A stretch of 64,000 nt of DNA from Stegostoma tigrinum. Its lineage: Eukaryota. Position numbers and translations under genes: made by a program. Shown piece by piece: positions 37,785 to 52,000 of the stretch (positions within the stretch are counted from its first letter, which is position 1; each line of letters opens with the position of its first letter). Below the pieces are notes generated by a model, which worked only from the letters and a program-made list of their open reading frames with translations, ran no database searches and was not told where the DNA came from. The stretch spans positions 101,666,472-101,730,471 of the forward strand of contig NC_081355.1 in NCBI RefSeq assembly GCF_030684315.1, written 5' to 3'.

Positions 37785-39329
37785 CAGTTATATGCTATTG
37801 TGATGCACTGAGTGTCCTTATTTATAAGCCAGAAAGTCCAGGTTCAAGTCTCACCTGCCCCAGAAGTGTCTTGTAAACTTTTGAACAGGTTGTTTAAAAA
37901 CATTTATAGTTAGCATCAGTAATTAGGTGAACAAGGACAACAGTCTTCAAGGCTAAGCATGCAGAAACTACAACGTGGCCTGCTTAAACCAGATTGATAT
38001 CAAAGTTATCAAACTTTGTGGAGAATAATTACACAGTGCTGTTATTGTGCTTCAGTGTAGAAAGAGAGAATGTTGTTAATATTACATGGGACACCAAAGA
38101 AATGAGTTTTTGTCCTGGATGGTCTTTTTTTTTTGACAGTTGTTGTACCTGCACTTGCATAGACAGGCACAGAAATTCCACCACATTCTTATGCTTAGTA
38201 AATGGTTGGCAGGCTTTGAGAAGTCAGAAGGTGAATTACACACTGCAGAATTCTCAGCCTCTGACCTGTTCTTGCAGCCACAGTATTTACATGGGTGGTC
38301 CAGTTCAGATTCTGGTCGATGGTAACATCTAAATGGTAGCGGAGGTTTCTGCAAATTTACTTCCATTGAATGTCAAGAAGTGATGATTGCATTAATCTCA
38401 TGACATGTGCTTTTGGTCCATCCTGAATATATATCTTGTCATCTCTCAACACAGTTTAGCCTAGGCCTCGACTCCTCCTGAACCAGGAGTACATGTTTCT
38501 CTCCTCTTGCTCATTTTGTGAAATGACACTACACAGAGAAAATGATTTCAGATTCCTTTCTTGTGCAAAGCTTCCAAATTAAAGTGGCTCCCACTCTTCC
38601 TATGAATCAGCTTTTTTAAAAACAAATCAAGCCCAGTTACCTGCATCATTTTTACTAATCTATAAGCAGAAACTGTTAGTTATTTAAGTCATTTCGCACA
38701 ATCGTCAATAGTATTCAAAAAAGAACAGTGAGGTCATTGTGGAAAGTTCATTAAAAACTGTTGTAATATCTACACACTATCCTTCAAGCTAATGTGGAAG
38801 GGCGAATGTATCTAAGCATCAGTGAAATGACTTTAAGGTAATAGGTACAAAAGGAAAATAGGAAGGGAAAGGCAATTCAGCCACAATGAAGGTAAACTTA
38901 GTATGGAGGCAGGAGATGAAATTAGGATTGCACTAAGGATTCTAAACCAAATCACATTACCAATAAGGACTCTTGCCGGAAAAGACAACCTTATTTTCCT
39001 ATTAATTTTCATGAGCAGAAAAAAGGGAGCAGCACATCTTATTGAAACATATAGGATTCTTAAGGGCTTGACGAGGTAAATACTGAGGGGATGTTTCCCC
39101 TCATGGGAGAGTGCAGGACTAGACAGCATTGTCTTAGAATAAAAGGGTGTCAAATTTAAGACTACGATCGCATTTCATATCTCAGATGTTTAAGTGTTCT
39201 TGGTACTCCTTGCTGCAGAGAGGTCTGAGGGGCCGAGCCCTTGATTATGTTTTTGATTAGTAAGGGAATCGAGGTTACAAGGAAAAGGCAGGAAAGTGGA
39301 TGTGAGCAATTTTGTATCAATTATGATTG

Positions 39330-39880
39330 ACTGATTTTATTGTCACATGTACCTAAGTACAGTGAAAGGTTTTGTTTGTAAGCAGTACAGGCAGATCATA
39401 GAAAGCAAGGATATATAGATCATTGGGTGCTTGGACAGAGTGAGGCATACAGGTTACATTGCACAGGAGGTTCACAAAGCAAGATCAGCATTAACAAGAA
39501 CATTATTTGAAGTTAGCAGAGTTCATTCATTAGTCTAACATCAGCAGGGAAGAAGCTGTTCTTGAACCTGTTGGTGCGTATTCAAGCTTTTGTATCTTCT
39601 TCTTGATGGAAGAGATTTTAGAAGAGCATTACCAGGGTGGGAGGGGATTTTGATGATGTTAACAGCCTTTCCACAGCAATGGAAAATGTAAAATGGAGTC
39701 CATGGATGGAAGGTTCGCTTCCCTGATCGTCTGGGCTGTGCACATAATCTTTTGTTGCTTCTTACGATCCTGGGGTGAGTAGTTGCTGTACCAAGCTGTT
39801 ATGCACCCGGAAAGTAAGCTTTCTATGGTGCATCTGTAAATGTTGGTGAGGGTCCTTCATGGACGCACCGAATTTCCTAA
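39330..39880 (-). mobile_element. Rex1/Babar-type LINE 3' fragment inside a CR1 remnant
   Basis: Minus strand LPSRRRYKSL..RTNRFKNSFFP C-terminal motif. Confidence 0.65.
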
Positions 39881-40283
39881 GCCATGAACCTACTGAATGG
39901 TGCAGCAAACTCAAGGGGCTGAACAACCTACTCCTTTTCCTATTTCTTCTCGTCTTATGGTTTCACACTTTCATTTTTAGTTATTCTAATATATAAAGTC
40001 TAAAATATCTAACTTTATCAATGTTTTGGGTCCCAGCCATACACAATATATATCAACATTTTGGATAACACAATCATTTAACATTTCCAAGTTTCTCAAA
40101 AACATGAAACTAGGTGGGATCGAGAGTGCTGGGAGAATGTAAAGTTTCAGTGATTTAGACAAGATGAACGAGTGTGTAGGCACAAAGGAACAATGTTCTG
40201 CATGTGCTAAGTGTGAAGGAATCACTTCAGTAGGATGAACAGAAAGGCAGAGTATTATTTAAAAGATGATTGATTGGGAAATG

Positions 40284-42437
40284 CACAATTGTAGTTTGGC
40301 ACACTGACCTCTACATCACCAAGGCCAGACGCCAGCTCTCTGACACCTCCTCCTATCGGCCCTATGATCATGACCCCAACCTTGACCACCAAAACATCAT
40401 CTCCCAAACCATCCACAACCTCATCACTTCAGGTGACCTTCCACCCACGGCTTCCAACCTCATCATTCTCCAACCCTGCACAGCCCGATTCTATCTCCTT
40501 CCCAAAATCCACAAATCTGATTGCCCTGATTGACCCATTGTTTCCACCTGCTACTGCCCCACTGAACTTACCCCCACTTATCCCAACTCCATTTTCTCCC
40601 CCTTGGTCCATGAATTCCCCACCTATGTCTGTGACACCATCCACACCCTCCAAAGCCTCCGATTCCCTGGTCCCCAACACCTCATCTTTACCATGGACAT
40701 CCAGTCTCGATTACACTTGCATTCCCCATGCGGATGGCCTAAAGACCCTCCGCTTCTTCCTGTGCCAGAGGCCTGACCAGTCCCGCTCCACTGACACCCT
40801 CATTTGCTTAGCTGAACTCATACTCGTCCTTAACTTCTCTTTCAATTCCTCCCACTTCCTACAGACAAAGGGGGTGGCCATGGGTACCCGCATGGGCCCA
40901 AGCTATGCCTGCCTCTTTGTAGGTTACTTGAAACAATCCCTCTTCCATACCTACACTGGCAAATCCCCGACCTCTTCCTCCTTTACATCGATGACTGTAT
41001 CGGTGCCGCCTCGTGCTCCCAAGAGAAGCTCGAACAGTTCATCCACTTCACCAACACCTTCCACCCCAACCTTAAGTTCACCTGGACCATCTCTAACGCC
41101 TCTCTCTCCTTCCTGGACCTCTCTGTTTCCATCTCTGAGAACCATCTGGAAACCGATATCCATTTCAAGTCTACTGACTCCTACAGCTACCTAGAATACA
41201 CCTTCTCCCACCCACCTTCCTGCAAAAATGCCATCCCCAATTCCCAATTCCTTTGTCTCCGCCACATCTGCTCTGGGGATGAGGCATTCCACTCCCAGAC
41301 ATCCCAGATGTCCTCGTTTTTCCAAGGACCGCAACTTTCCCCCCATGGTGGTCGAAATGCCCTCGACCACGCCTCCCGCATTTCCCGCAACTCATCCCTC
41401 ACACCCCCTCCCCACAATAACAACCAAAACAGAGTCCTCCTCATCCTCACGTACCACCCCATCAACCTCTGGATCCAACACATCATCATCCAACATTTCC
41501 ACCATCTGCAATCCGACCCCACTACCAAAGACATTTTTCCCTCTCCACCCTTATCTGCCTTCCAGAGGGACGACTCTCTCCATGACTCCCTCATCCAATC
41601 CACACTCCCCACCAGTCCCACCACCCCTGGCACTTTTCCTGCAACCGCAGAAAGTGCTACACCTGCCCCAACACCTCCTCCCTCACTCCCATCCCAGGCC
41701 CTAAGAAGACCTTCCACATCAAACAGATGATCATCTACACATCTGCTAACGTGGTATGCTGTATCCGCTGTTCCCGATGTGGCCTCCTCTACATCGGGGA
41801 AACCAAGCAGAGGCTTAAGGACCACTTTGTGGAACACCTACGCTCGGTTCGCCACAAACAACTGCACCTCCCAGTCATGAATCATTTCAACTCCTCCCAC
41901 TCCTTAGATGACATGTCCATCCTGGGCCTCCTGCAGTGTCACAACCATGCCACCCGAAGGTTGCAGGAACAGCACCTCATATTTCATTTGGGAACCCAGC
42001 AGCCCAATGGTATCAATGTGGACTTCACAAGCTTTAAAATCTCCTCTCCCCTGACCACATCCCAAAACCAGCCCAACTTGTCCCTCCTCCCACCTATCCC
42101 CTCCTCCACAAGCCCTAGCCCCATCTCCTACCTATCAGCCTCATCCTGCCCCCTTGACCTGTCCGTCCTCCCTGGACTGACTTATTGCCCCCTCTAACTC
42201 CCCACCTACACTCACTTTTACTGGCTCCACCCCTGCCTTTTTGACCTGTCTGTCTCCTCTCCACCTATCTTCTCCTTTATCCATCTTCTATCTGCCTCCC
42301 CCTTTCTCCCTATGTATTTTGGAATCCCGTTCCCCTCCCCCATTTCTGAAGAAGGGTCCAGACTCAAAATGTCAGTTTTTCTGCTCCTCTGATGCTGCTT
42401 GGCCTGCTGTGTTCATCCAGCTCTACACACTGATATC
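40284..42437 (+). mobile_element. Penelope-like element (Neptune-type) RT + GIY-YIG endonuclease, frameshifted; likely parent family of the fold-back mini-elements
   Basis: FYLLPKIHK, FLQTKGVAMGTRMGPSYACLFVG, YIDD, and NVVCCIRCSRCGLLYIGETKQRL (ORF 41727); 3' pLTR with decayed hammerhead at about 42346-42375; TSD ATTGATTGGGAAATG / ATTGATTGGGGAATG. Confidence 0.93.
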
Positions 42438-43481
42438 ATTGATTGGGGAATGTTGACGTACAAAATGACCCAGGTGTTCTTGTGCACTGGTCACTGAAAG
42501 CAGGAACGTAGGTCTATCAAGCAGTTAGGAAGTCTAAAGGTATGTTGATCTTTATTGCAAGGACAGTTACAGGAGGTGTATTACTGCAGCTACCTAGGGC
42601 CTTGATGAGGCCACACCTGGAGTACTGTGTGCTGTCTTGATATCCATGCCCAAGAGAAATATGTATTTATCACAGAAAGAGTGCAGGAAAGGTTCACCTG
42701 ATTTGATTTCTGGGATGGCAGAGTTGTGGAGGGATTGGGTTGACTGCACTTTTATTCACTGAACTTTAGAAGGATGAGAGGAGATCCAATCGAAACGTAT
42801 AAAATTCTGATAGGACTGGACAGACTGAATGCAGGGATGATGCTCCCCGTGGTTGGGGTGGGTCCAGTGCAAGGGATCACATTCTCAGGATACAGGGTGA
42901 CTCATCCAAGACTGAAATGAAGAGACATTTCTTCTCTGAGGGGGTGGTGAACTTATGAAATTCTCGATCACAGAAGGCTGTAGAGGCAAAGTCACTGAAT
43001 ATATTTAAAAAAGTAATAGATAGGCCTTGTAGACACCAATGGCAGCAAGGGATATGGGGAGAGAGCAGGAGTATTAGTGCTGAGATAGAGAATGAGCCAT
43101 AATTATAATTATATCGAAAGGTGGGGCAGGCTTGATAGGTCAAATAGCCTACTCCTTCTCGTATATTCCTTGTTTCGGTTTCTCACCTTCACTCAAGAGC
43201 TCTCATTCAACTTGCATACTTCCCAAAAGAAAAATGTGTAAATCAGTCAGAAAGTCTAACTCTGCAGCTATTGTATGAACATTCAAGTTATAGATGTCAG
43301 AGAATACATTAACAAAGGCAATATATGCAAAAATGTATGAGCAAACATTCATTTACATCTTGTACCATGATAATTGTGTACAAATGAAGATATGAAAGAA
43401 TTGATATAGATTTATTCTTTTCCCCAAAAGAACATCAACTCATTATTTAACATGCATTACAAAAGCATGCTTAAAACTCAC

Positions 43482-43559
43482 CAAAAATACCATAATCGTT
43501 GAATAGAGAATGCTCGCATACAGCATTTCGTACCACAACAGTCCTCGTATGCACGGCAC
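43482..43559 (-). CDS. VOPP1: VOPP1-family protein, Cys-rich exon (78 nt)
   Basis: tttcatag acceptor, gtgagt donor; CRAYEDCCGTKCCMRAFSIQRLWYFW vs VOPP1 CRSYEDCCGSRCCVRALSIQRLWYFW; not in the ORF track. Confidence 0.95.
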
Positions 43560-46296
43560 CTATGAAAGAAACGCTTTATGTCAGACACATTAGTCAATGC
43601 AATGACACCAGCAGCCTTTACATCCTGATTGTTATGCATTGGCCCTATTGTTCAGTTTCTTTTTAATATGGATAAATGCGGTTTGCCTCAGTGATAACTA
43701 TTTGGTGTATCAATTCCTCTGAGTTAAACATCAGCTTTGTTCAGTTGTTCAGACACTTGCTCCTGGATGTGAAAGCTGAGAGATAAAGTCCTACTTTAGG
43801 ATTTGAGAACTGACATAAGCTGTAATCTGCAACGACAGGACAGGCCACAGGAAGTGTCTGCACATGCTCCGATTACATCACTTCATTCCATGAACAACAA
43901 CACCATCATCAGTGCATACGCTGCTGAAAAAAGGGAAGCAGAGCTGGAACCCTTGCGGAAGCAGGGAGAAAGGCTGGGAGCTGGGGAGGTCTGCAGCAGG
44001 AGCTAACTTCCATTTTGCCCAGGACAGCTGGAGGAAGAGTGGGTGGCTGCAAAGGATGTAAATGAGAGGGGAGGGTGCTAAGATGGAGAAGCAGAGGGAT
44101 GCTATAAAGAGAAACTAGTTTCAAAATCAAATAACTTTACTTTTGTTGTACAAAGTCTTTCATTTTACATACAGCAACATCATCTTTAGATAGGCAGCTA
44201 GCTGCTTCTCATTGTTTGAGAATGACGTCAATTTTGCACCACCTACAGGTGGCATTCAGAGATACTCTGCCAAGCTGATAAATGCTTTACTGAAATAAAA
44301 ATGCTGCATTGTTGATGTGCAATCTTTCAACCCATATCATTAAGCCAAGGCTGCACAAATATTCTATTATGACACATTCCATGGGAGAGAGAGGTTAAGT
44401 ACTTCAGAACAATAAACCCTGAGATTAATTGACCATTCTATTAATTTGCAAGTTGATATTTTACTGTACGCAACACAGTAGCCACATTTAGCCACCTAAG
44501 ATCTTTGACTGCACTTCAGAAGGTAATTTACTGTATGTGAAGCATCCTGCTAGAAATGCAAGTAAATGCATGGAATATCTAGACCAGTTATATCTCACAA
44601 CTTATGCAACATAGTTTCATTGAGGAGAATGTTATGTACACGACAGAGGTAGAAAATGAAAATGTCCAAATGCTACTGTCTGTTGCAGGATCAAGGTAGA
44701 CAAAGCATAGGTAGAGCATAGCACTATCATTGGTTAAACAACTCTTCAGTCTCGTCAGCATGCCTTGAGGTTTTAATCAGGAAGCTCGTGCTCAGTTCAT
44801 TAACTTTAAGATCTCTGAATAATTCTATAATCTCAGTGTCCCCCTTCTGCTCAATTACTATCAGATTTATGCCATGTGTACTCATAACAACAGCGAAGAT
44901 GTTCATGTTTCTTGCAGCTATCAGAAAGGAGAAATCAGCTTTGTTTAGACTGAAATCCAGTGAAAGGAGTGCTGAAACAAAATATCATGTTTTAAAGATT
45001 ATCAGAGTCCTTCTTAGAATTTTGACTTGATGCCTCCATTGCCAGTTAAGACATATTTGACTCATTGTCAGATAAAAGTTTTTCAGCAGCTTTTTGGAGA
45101 TTCTTATTCAACATAGAAATATTGCATTATTTAGACAGTATTACATTATAAGTAGATTCCATACCTACTAATCAAAATTAACCTCCAAATTAATGTTCAA
45201 TAATCAGTCCAGTAAGACTAAAAGGGACACCACTGTCGTCAACTGTTGTCTTCATGAAAATAGGACCACAAAGCAAGTTAAGAAACCTCGGATGTTCTGT
45301 CGCTCACAAATTTCTCAATGTATGTATTGAAAAGCAGATCGTATTATTTGTTAATTAGCATTAATTTGGCTAAATTATACAGTCACCATTATAACAGGGA
45401 GTAAAGTATATGGATGCCCCATGAGCAAAAATGTCCTCCCAATCTTCATATCAAAGCATATATAAAATTTTAAGTGGACTTAACAAGATTCATTTCATTA
45501 TTCTACAGTACAGTCCCAATCTGCTGTTATCCCGTGTAACTGAAACTTCTCTGAACTGCCTCCAATGCAAATATATAATGCCTTCAGTCTAAAGACCAAA
45601 CCCTACACTATATTCCAGGGGCAGTTTCAACAGTACTTGACAAGATGAAATGAACTTTATACTCTAGTTTTCAAATAAAGGCCGATATTCCACTTGCCTT
45701 CCACGTTTTTTTTGTGATTCATGTAAAAACACACACTAACGACTTCTTTGCCCAACTATTCTTCATCTCCACCCAAACTAATTCTACAATCCTGTTCTCC
45801 TGGACCACCAAGCTCTTCTGTAACTACTGCACAAATGCCATTCTTGATTAGCAGTGTTACCCGTCCATCTTTACACAGTCATCTAATTTTCTGGAATAAC
45901 ATACATTCCTCAATATTCAGGACACAATCCTTGCAATCCTGCAGCCCCGCCTCTCATTTATTTGCTTCAACGTGCGCTATCGATTTGTTAAATTTATTAA
46001 GAATGTTTCACACATTTAAATAGAGCGTTTTGTTTAGTCTTTTTATCTTTCCAGCATTTAGCTTTGATTATTGTTATATCTGAAGTGTTTTTCCTCTGTT
46101 TCATCAGGCCATTCTCTGACCCTCATTTCCCATGTTATTTTCTTCTCTTGCATTGTATCTACTCTTGGATATACATCTTTCCACATTTGATCACTTGCCT
46201 ACTATTTAGTTTAAAACTCTACTTCCTTAGTCATGACATTCATAAAAACACTGGTCTCAGCATGGTTCAGATGTAAAATATTTTTTCCTTACAGCT

Positions 46297-46439
46297 ATAA
46301 CACAGTGTGGAGCTGGAGGAACACAGCAGCCAGGCAGCATCAGAGGAGGAGGAAAGCTGATATTTCAGATCAGGACCCTTCTTCAGCTATGGGCCCATGG
46401 CAATGGACTCCAGCATCAGCAGTTCTTACTATCTCTTCA
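46297..46439. mobile_element. Fold-back PLE mini-insertion
   Basis: pLTR pieces in opposite orientation; exact TSD CCTTACAGCT (46287-46296, 46440-46449). Confidence 0.8.
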
Positions 46440-47229
46440 CCTTACAGCTCCAGCTTTGCCCAGTACGAGTGCAAGTGGCCCAAAATGGAACCCAATTCTT
46501 CCATGTCAGTCTCTCAGCCACATATTCACCTATCTAATTTTATGTACCATACTCCAGTTCAAATAATAATCCAGAGAATATAATCTTTTAAGAATTGCTT
46601 TCAACTTAGTGCTGAACTCCTGTTTTACCTACGCAGAACTGGTTTATTAGTTCTGCTGACACATTTGTTACCTGCACCGCCCACAAGCACTGGATCCTTC
46701 CTCTCCTACCGGAACTTCCTTTCCAGTTTTCTCGAATCCTGGCACGAGACAGGAAAGACAGCTATCTAGATGCTCATTCATTGCTGCAGTGAACTGTGTC
46801 AGTCCCCGCACCATAATAAGCCCTTCTACATTCCTTGTTGCTCACCCACTTGAACAGCTTTCTGTACCACTGTGCCAGTCGCTTTGCTAATCTGCCTGCA
46901 GCCTCTGCTCTTATCAAAACGGGTTGGCAGAACCGAAAACCAACTGACAATTGCAGATGGCTGACATTCCTAAACTCCTATCCTCCGGATCCACTTGCCT
47001 GCCTCACTCACAGACAGACATATATCCCTGACCGTGACCAATGATCAATTTAGAACACCATCTCCTAAGTCGTTCATTGTGTCCTGGTACAAAGAATCTA
47101 GATAACTTCACCTCTCCCTGATGCATCATACTACCTGCATTCCAACTCAAATTGTGAACTGATGCTGCTCAAATTTCAAACATTTGTTGCATTTAAACCT
47201 TAATCTACATATAAACTAGAAAAATCAGA

Positions 47230-49090
47230 ATGGCAGTAGTAGTCTGGATGAGGATTTCAGGGAATGCTTTCAAGATCCTGGACTGACCAGAATGCAGATT
47301 ATATTGGATTTGGTATTGTGTACTGTGACAGGATTAATAAATAATCTCAGCACAAAGGCATTCCTTGGCAGCAGTGACAACAACATGATTGAATTTTACA
47401 TCCAGCTTGAAATGGAGAAGACCGTATCCAAGGCAAGTGTTTTAAACCTCAACAAGGGCGACTGTGTGATATGAAAGCTAAGTTAGCTGAAGTGAAGTGG
47501 CATATTAGTTTAGGGCCTAGACTAATAAGCATGCAATGGCAAACATTTAAACAGTTATTTCAGAATGCTCAGAATAAGTATATTCCTACTATGAAGTCAG
47601 GTAAAGCCTGATACTTAAGAAAAAAAAGCATTAACTATACAAAGAGGAGAGCCCAGCCAGGTGACTGATCAGAATATAAAGTACAATAGGGATTAACCAA
47701 AATGAAGCAGAAGAAATTCAAGAGCAAGCTAGGTGGAAATATAAAAATCGATAAGTATTTCTAAAGGTATTTGAAAAGAAGAGCAAAGCAAATGTTAGTC
47801 CTCTGAAAAGTGAGAATGAGGAATTAATAGTAGACAATAAGGAAATGGCAGATGAAACAAATAATTTGCTTCTGTCTTCACTATACAGGACGTTAAAACC
47901 AGATATTAATGAAATTACAATTACGAGGAAAGTGGTACTTGGCAAACTATTGGAGTTGCAGACTGACAAACCTCTGTTTCTAGATGGACCTCACTTCAAG
48001 CATTAAAAGAGGTGGCTGATGGAGTAGTACATGCATTGGTGTTAATTTTCCAAAATTTGCTGGATTCTGGACAGGTTCCATGAGGCAAAGTAGCAAAATA
48101 AACATCTTTTCAAAAAGGGCCACAGGCCAATTAGCTTGACATCCGTCATGGGAGAGGCGCTAGATTCAATCTTTAAAAGGATTGTTGCTGCACACCCAGC
48201 AAAACTCAAGATAATTAGAAGAATCAGCATTATTTCAAAGGGAAATCATAGTTAATCAATGTATTGGAGTTCTTTCAAGAAGTCACATGCATTGTTAAGT
48301 ACCACAAAGATTCCTGAAGAATATAAAGGCTCATGGAATTGGGGTAACATTCACATGGACAGAAGATTGTATGGCTAGCAGAAAAAGCATTATGCATAAA
48401 AGAATCTTTATTTGATTGACAGAATGAGTGAAAACCTGCACAGGTCTGTTTTGAGGCCTGAAACTTTTAGAGTATAGAGCCATGACTTAGATGAGGGGAC
48501 TGAAGGCATGGTAACTAAATTCATGGGTGACACCAAAGTAAGAAAAAAATGTTGCAAAGAAGCTATCAGGAGAATACTGGGCAAAAATCTGGCTGACAAT
48601 GTAAACTATGGGAAACTGATAAGTTTGGCAGCAAAAATAAGAAAAAAATCAAATGGAGAACAACTATGGAATTCTAAGGTGCATTTGGATTTACATGCTT
48701 TGGTGCATGAGTTACAGAAAAATTAGTCTCCTTGTACAGTGTGTCATCAAGGGGGGAAATGGTATGCTATCCTGTATTATGACAGGAAATGACTATGAAA
48801 ATAAGGAGTTTATGATAGGCTGGTCACGTTTCCACCAGAGTTTAGAAGAGTGAGCATGACTAAACTGATATGGGTAAGATCTTGGATGGTCATGAGAAAC
48901 CGAACATGGAAAAGATATTTCTTGTGGACGAGCCCAGAACTGGAGGGCAGTATTTTAAAGTTAGGGCTCACACTTTTAGGAAAGAGATAAGGAGAACAAT
49001 TTCTGTCAGACGGGTGAAAGACCTTTCAACTCTACCTCAAAAGGCATGGAGGTAGGTCATGAAATATTTTAATAGCAGAGTGAGATTCTC
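47230..49090 (+). mobile_element. Old degraded CR1 LINE ORF2
   Basis: ILDLVL, GSSDNNMIEF, KFMGDTK remnants. Confidence 0.75.
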
Positions 49091-52000
49091 ATGCGTAATG
49101 AACCGAGTAAATATTATTACTGGTCGAGTCAAATCCCAGACTGAAATCTGACTTGATATATTTTAAAAAATTTAAATAGGCAGCCTTTCACTGAAACTAT
49201 TACACAATGTTATTGATCTGGTTTTAACATTAATCAGGATATTATAATGCAGAAGAAATGTTGATAAATAGAATAAATCTTGGGCACAGATAATAATGTG
49301 AAATGTGAAACATTAACACATATTAGCCATGAACTTAATGAACAGGACAACTGGCTCAATGAACCAAATGAGTCTACTTCTGCTTATATTTGTAATATCC
49401 TTATGATTCTTCTGTAAAGAAGAATTCTGCAGTCTTTACTCTATTTGAACAATGATCTGCTCTCCTATTTTTCTTGGGGAAGTGGACAACTTCACATTTT
49501 CCATACTATTGTCTAATGCCAAACATGTATGTACTCATTTAAAATAGTGAAATTTCTTTGCAGCCTTGAAATTTGGTTTCCTATGTATCTTTGCTTCATT
49601 AATAAAGGTGGCTATAATACAACGGATTCCAGCATTAATCATAAATAGCTGAAGTCCCAGCTCTAATCCCTTTAGCACTCCACTAGTTTCAATTTACCAA
49701 TCTGAAAATAACCCAATTTATTCTAACCGTTTCCTGTTCAACTGTCAACTTTTACGTATGCTGATTTATTATGCTTGACACCTTCTTCTTCTGTTTGAGG
49801 CACCTTATCAAATGTCTTTTGGAAATTCAAATATACATCTAAGGGTTCCCCCTTAGCCACTCTGTCTGTTACATCCTCAAAGAATGCTAACAAGTTGGCC
49901 AAACATTATTTCCATTTCAGAAAGCCAAGTTAATTCTGTCTGATTGTATTCCCGATGCCGGATGTTTTGACTGACTGAACTATAATTTTGTGCTTTTCAT
50001 CTTCCTCCTTCCTTGACTTGTGGTTCTATTTCCAACCTGTTGGCATCTTTCCAGAATCTATGGAAATGTGGAAGATTATACAAATATACTCACTAGAGAT
50101 GCAACTATTTCCTTTAAAACACTTGGATGCTGGCTATTAGAACTAGGGATTTCTCTGAACCTTCTGTCTCAGTAGTTTTCCTAGTTTTTTTTCCCCCTCT
50201 CACGATTCTAACAATTTTGTGCTCCTCCCGCCCTTTTGCACCTCTGCTTTTTGGCTACTCTTCAGATACTTTTTGTGAAGACAGACAGAAAATACTTGTC
50301 CTAAGCCTCTGCCATTTTGTTGCTTCCCACTGTTCACCATTATTTCCATTTATTTACTTCTGGAAATCTTTATTGTTTGGTTTTATATTTCTTGCTATTT
50401 TCTCTTTCTCCAATTCAACCCTTACTCTTCAAATTATCCTTGATTCTCCTGTTTAAAATCTTTAAATAAAGACAAATAGTCAACATTGCTAAACTCTTAA
50501 TGTAGCTGTTATAATCACATGACTGAAATCAGCTAGAAACCTCTATGAATTCTTGCAAACCAAAGCCAGCAAGTTTGTTAGCATCTCCTTTAACACAGGG
50601 ACATTAGGCTTACCACCATTCTGACCTAGAGATATCCAACTCCCACGAATACCAAAGGCACAAAGGAATTGCAAATTACTACTATCTGATACTAAAATGA
50701 TGATATTATTTCAATGAACTATGGAGACGGACTATCAGCACCTCTTCTCCTCACAGTGGCCATTTTGATAAGGGCAATCAAAGTAACCAGTTTCTCCAAA
50801 TGTTTTAGCAGAAATCACCCTTTCATATGCTTTTCAACTGCTCAAGGGTATATTGTTTCAATTTTTGACTATACCTACTGTCTTAACACCATAGGAAATG
50901 CGGCTCCAGGCCTCAGTAGCTACACATTTTTCATGTATCTTTCACTCAGAAGTTTTATCTCTGGAAAGAATCTCACATTTTCAAGCCAAACTGGACAAAT
51001 TCACTGCAAACAAGAAATATTGCCTACACCTTTGACTGCCTTCCATCTTCATCCCAACTCCCAGGACAGGAATTATTACATGAGCCAACTCAATGGACTC
51101 TAACAAAGAACTGCAGATGCTAGAAATCAGAAACAAAAACAGAAATTATATGGAAAACTCAGGAGGTTTGGCAGCATCCAAAGAGTCACTGGACCGGGAA
51201 TGTTAACTCTGCTTTCTCTCCACAGATGTTACCAGACCTGCTAAGTTTTCCCAACAATTTCTGTTTTTGCACTAAATTCTAAGTCACTTAAACTAACACC
51301 AGCATTTTCAAAACAAAATTCCAACCTGATCTCTATTTATTAGAAACTCCCAAGTTTAACTTCGTGACTTCATTTTCTTTCTTACTATCTTGCACCTTTC
51401 AGGGCATTTTGCCACAAATTTATTTTTAAAGATGGAAACTCTAAAAGCAGGGTTCGGGCCTATTTCAGTAAGAGTAGGACTATAAAGGGAAGGACCAAAT
51501 CAATAATACCACACTGTCTCTGGCTTAAGAGGGGGGAAAAGCAGTTAATTTGACTTCACTCCTGGCTCCCCCTTCATCCATGACAGTCTGGGGATACTTC
51601 TTTCTGCAAGTCAGGCAAAGGAAGTTGTCTTGTTTCCTTTCTGACAGTGACTTTTGCTGACGTGACTGCAACAATCAGCGAGCAAGAGGTTTTTTTCCTT
51701 TACTTGCAAGTGCAAGAGTGCCAGCTGCAGAAAACAGTACCCACCAACCCCACAGAACTGCAACACCAGACGAATACACAGATCTGGGTTGCAGTTATTC
51801 TTCTAAGCCTCTTCTCACATATTCCTGGAAGACGAAGGAGTGAAGGGGTCTCTAATTAAAACTGAACTGCTGCTAAGGGCTTGGATGGAGATACAGCTGG
51901 CAGTAAGTGGCTGATTGGTGTCTGAACTAGTGACCAGTTTTCACTGACAAAGGCATTCTTCATGCCAATACCTGACAGACGGGTTCCAGGGAGGCGAACC

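Noticed and set aside
40364-41837. Multiple overlapping Pro/Ser-rich ORFs
   Set aside because: Off-frame readings of the C-rich Penelope ORF
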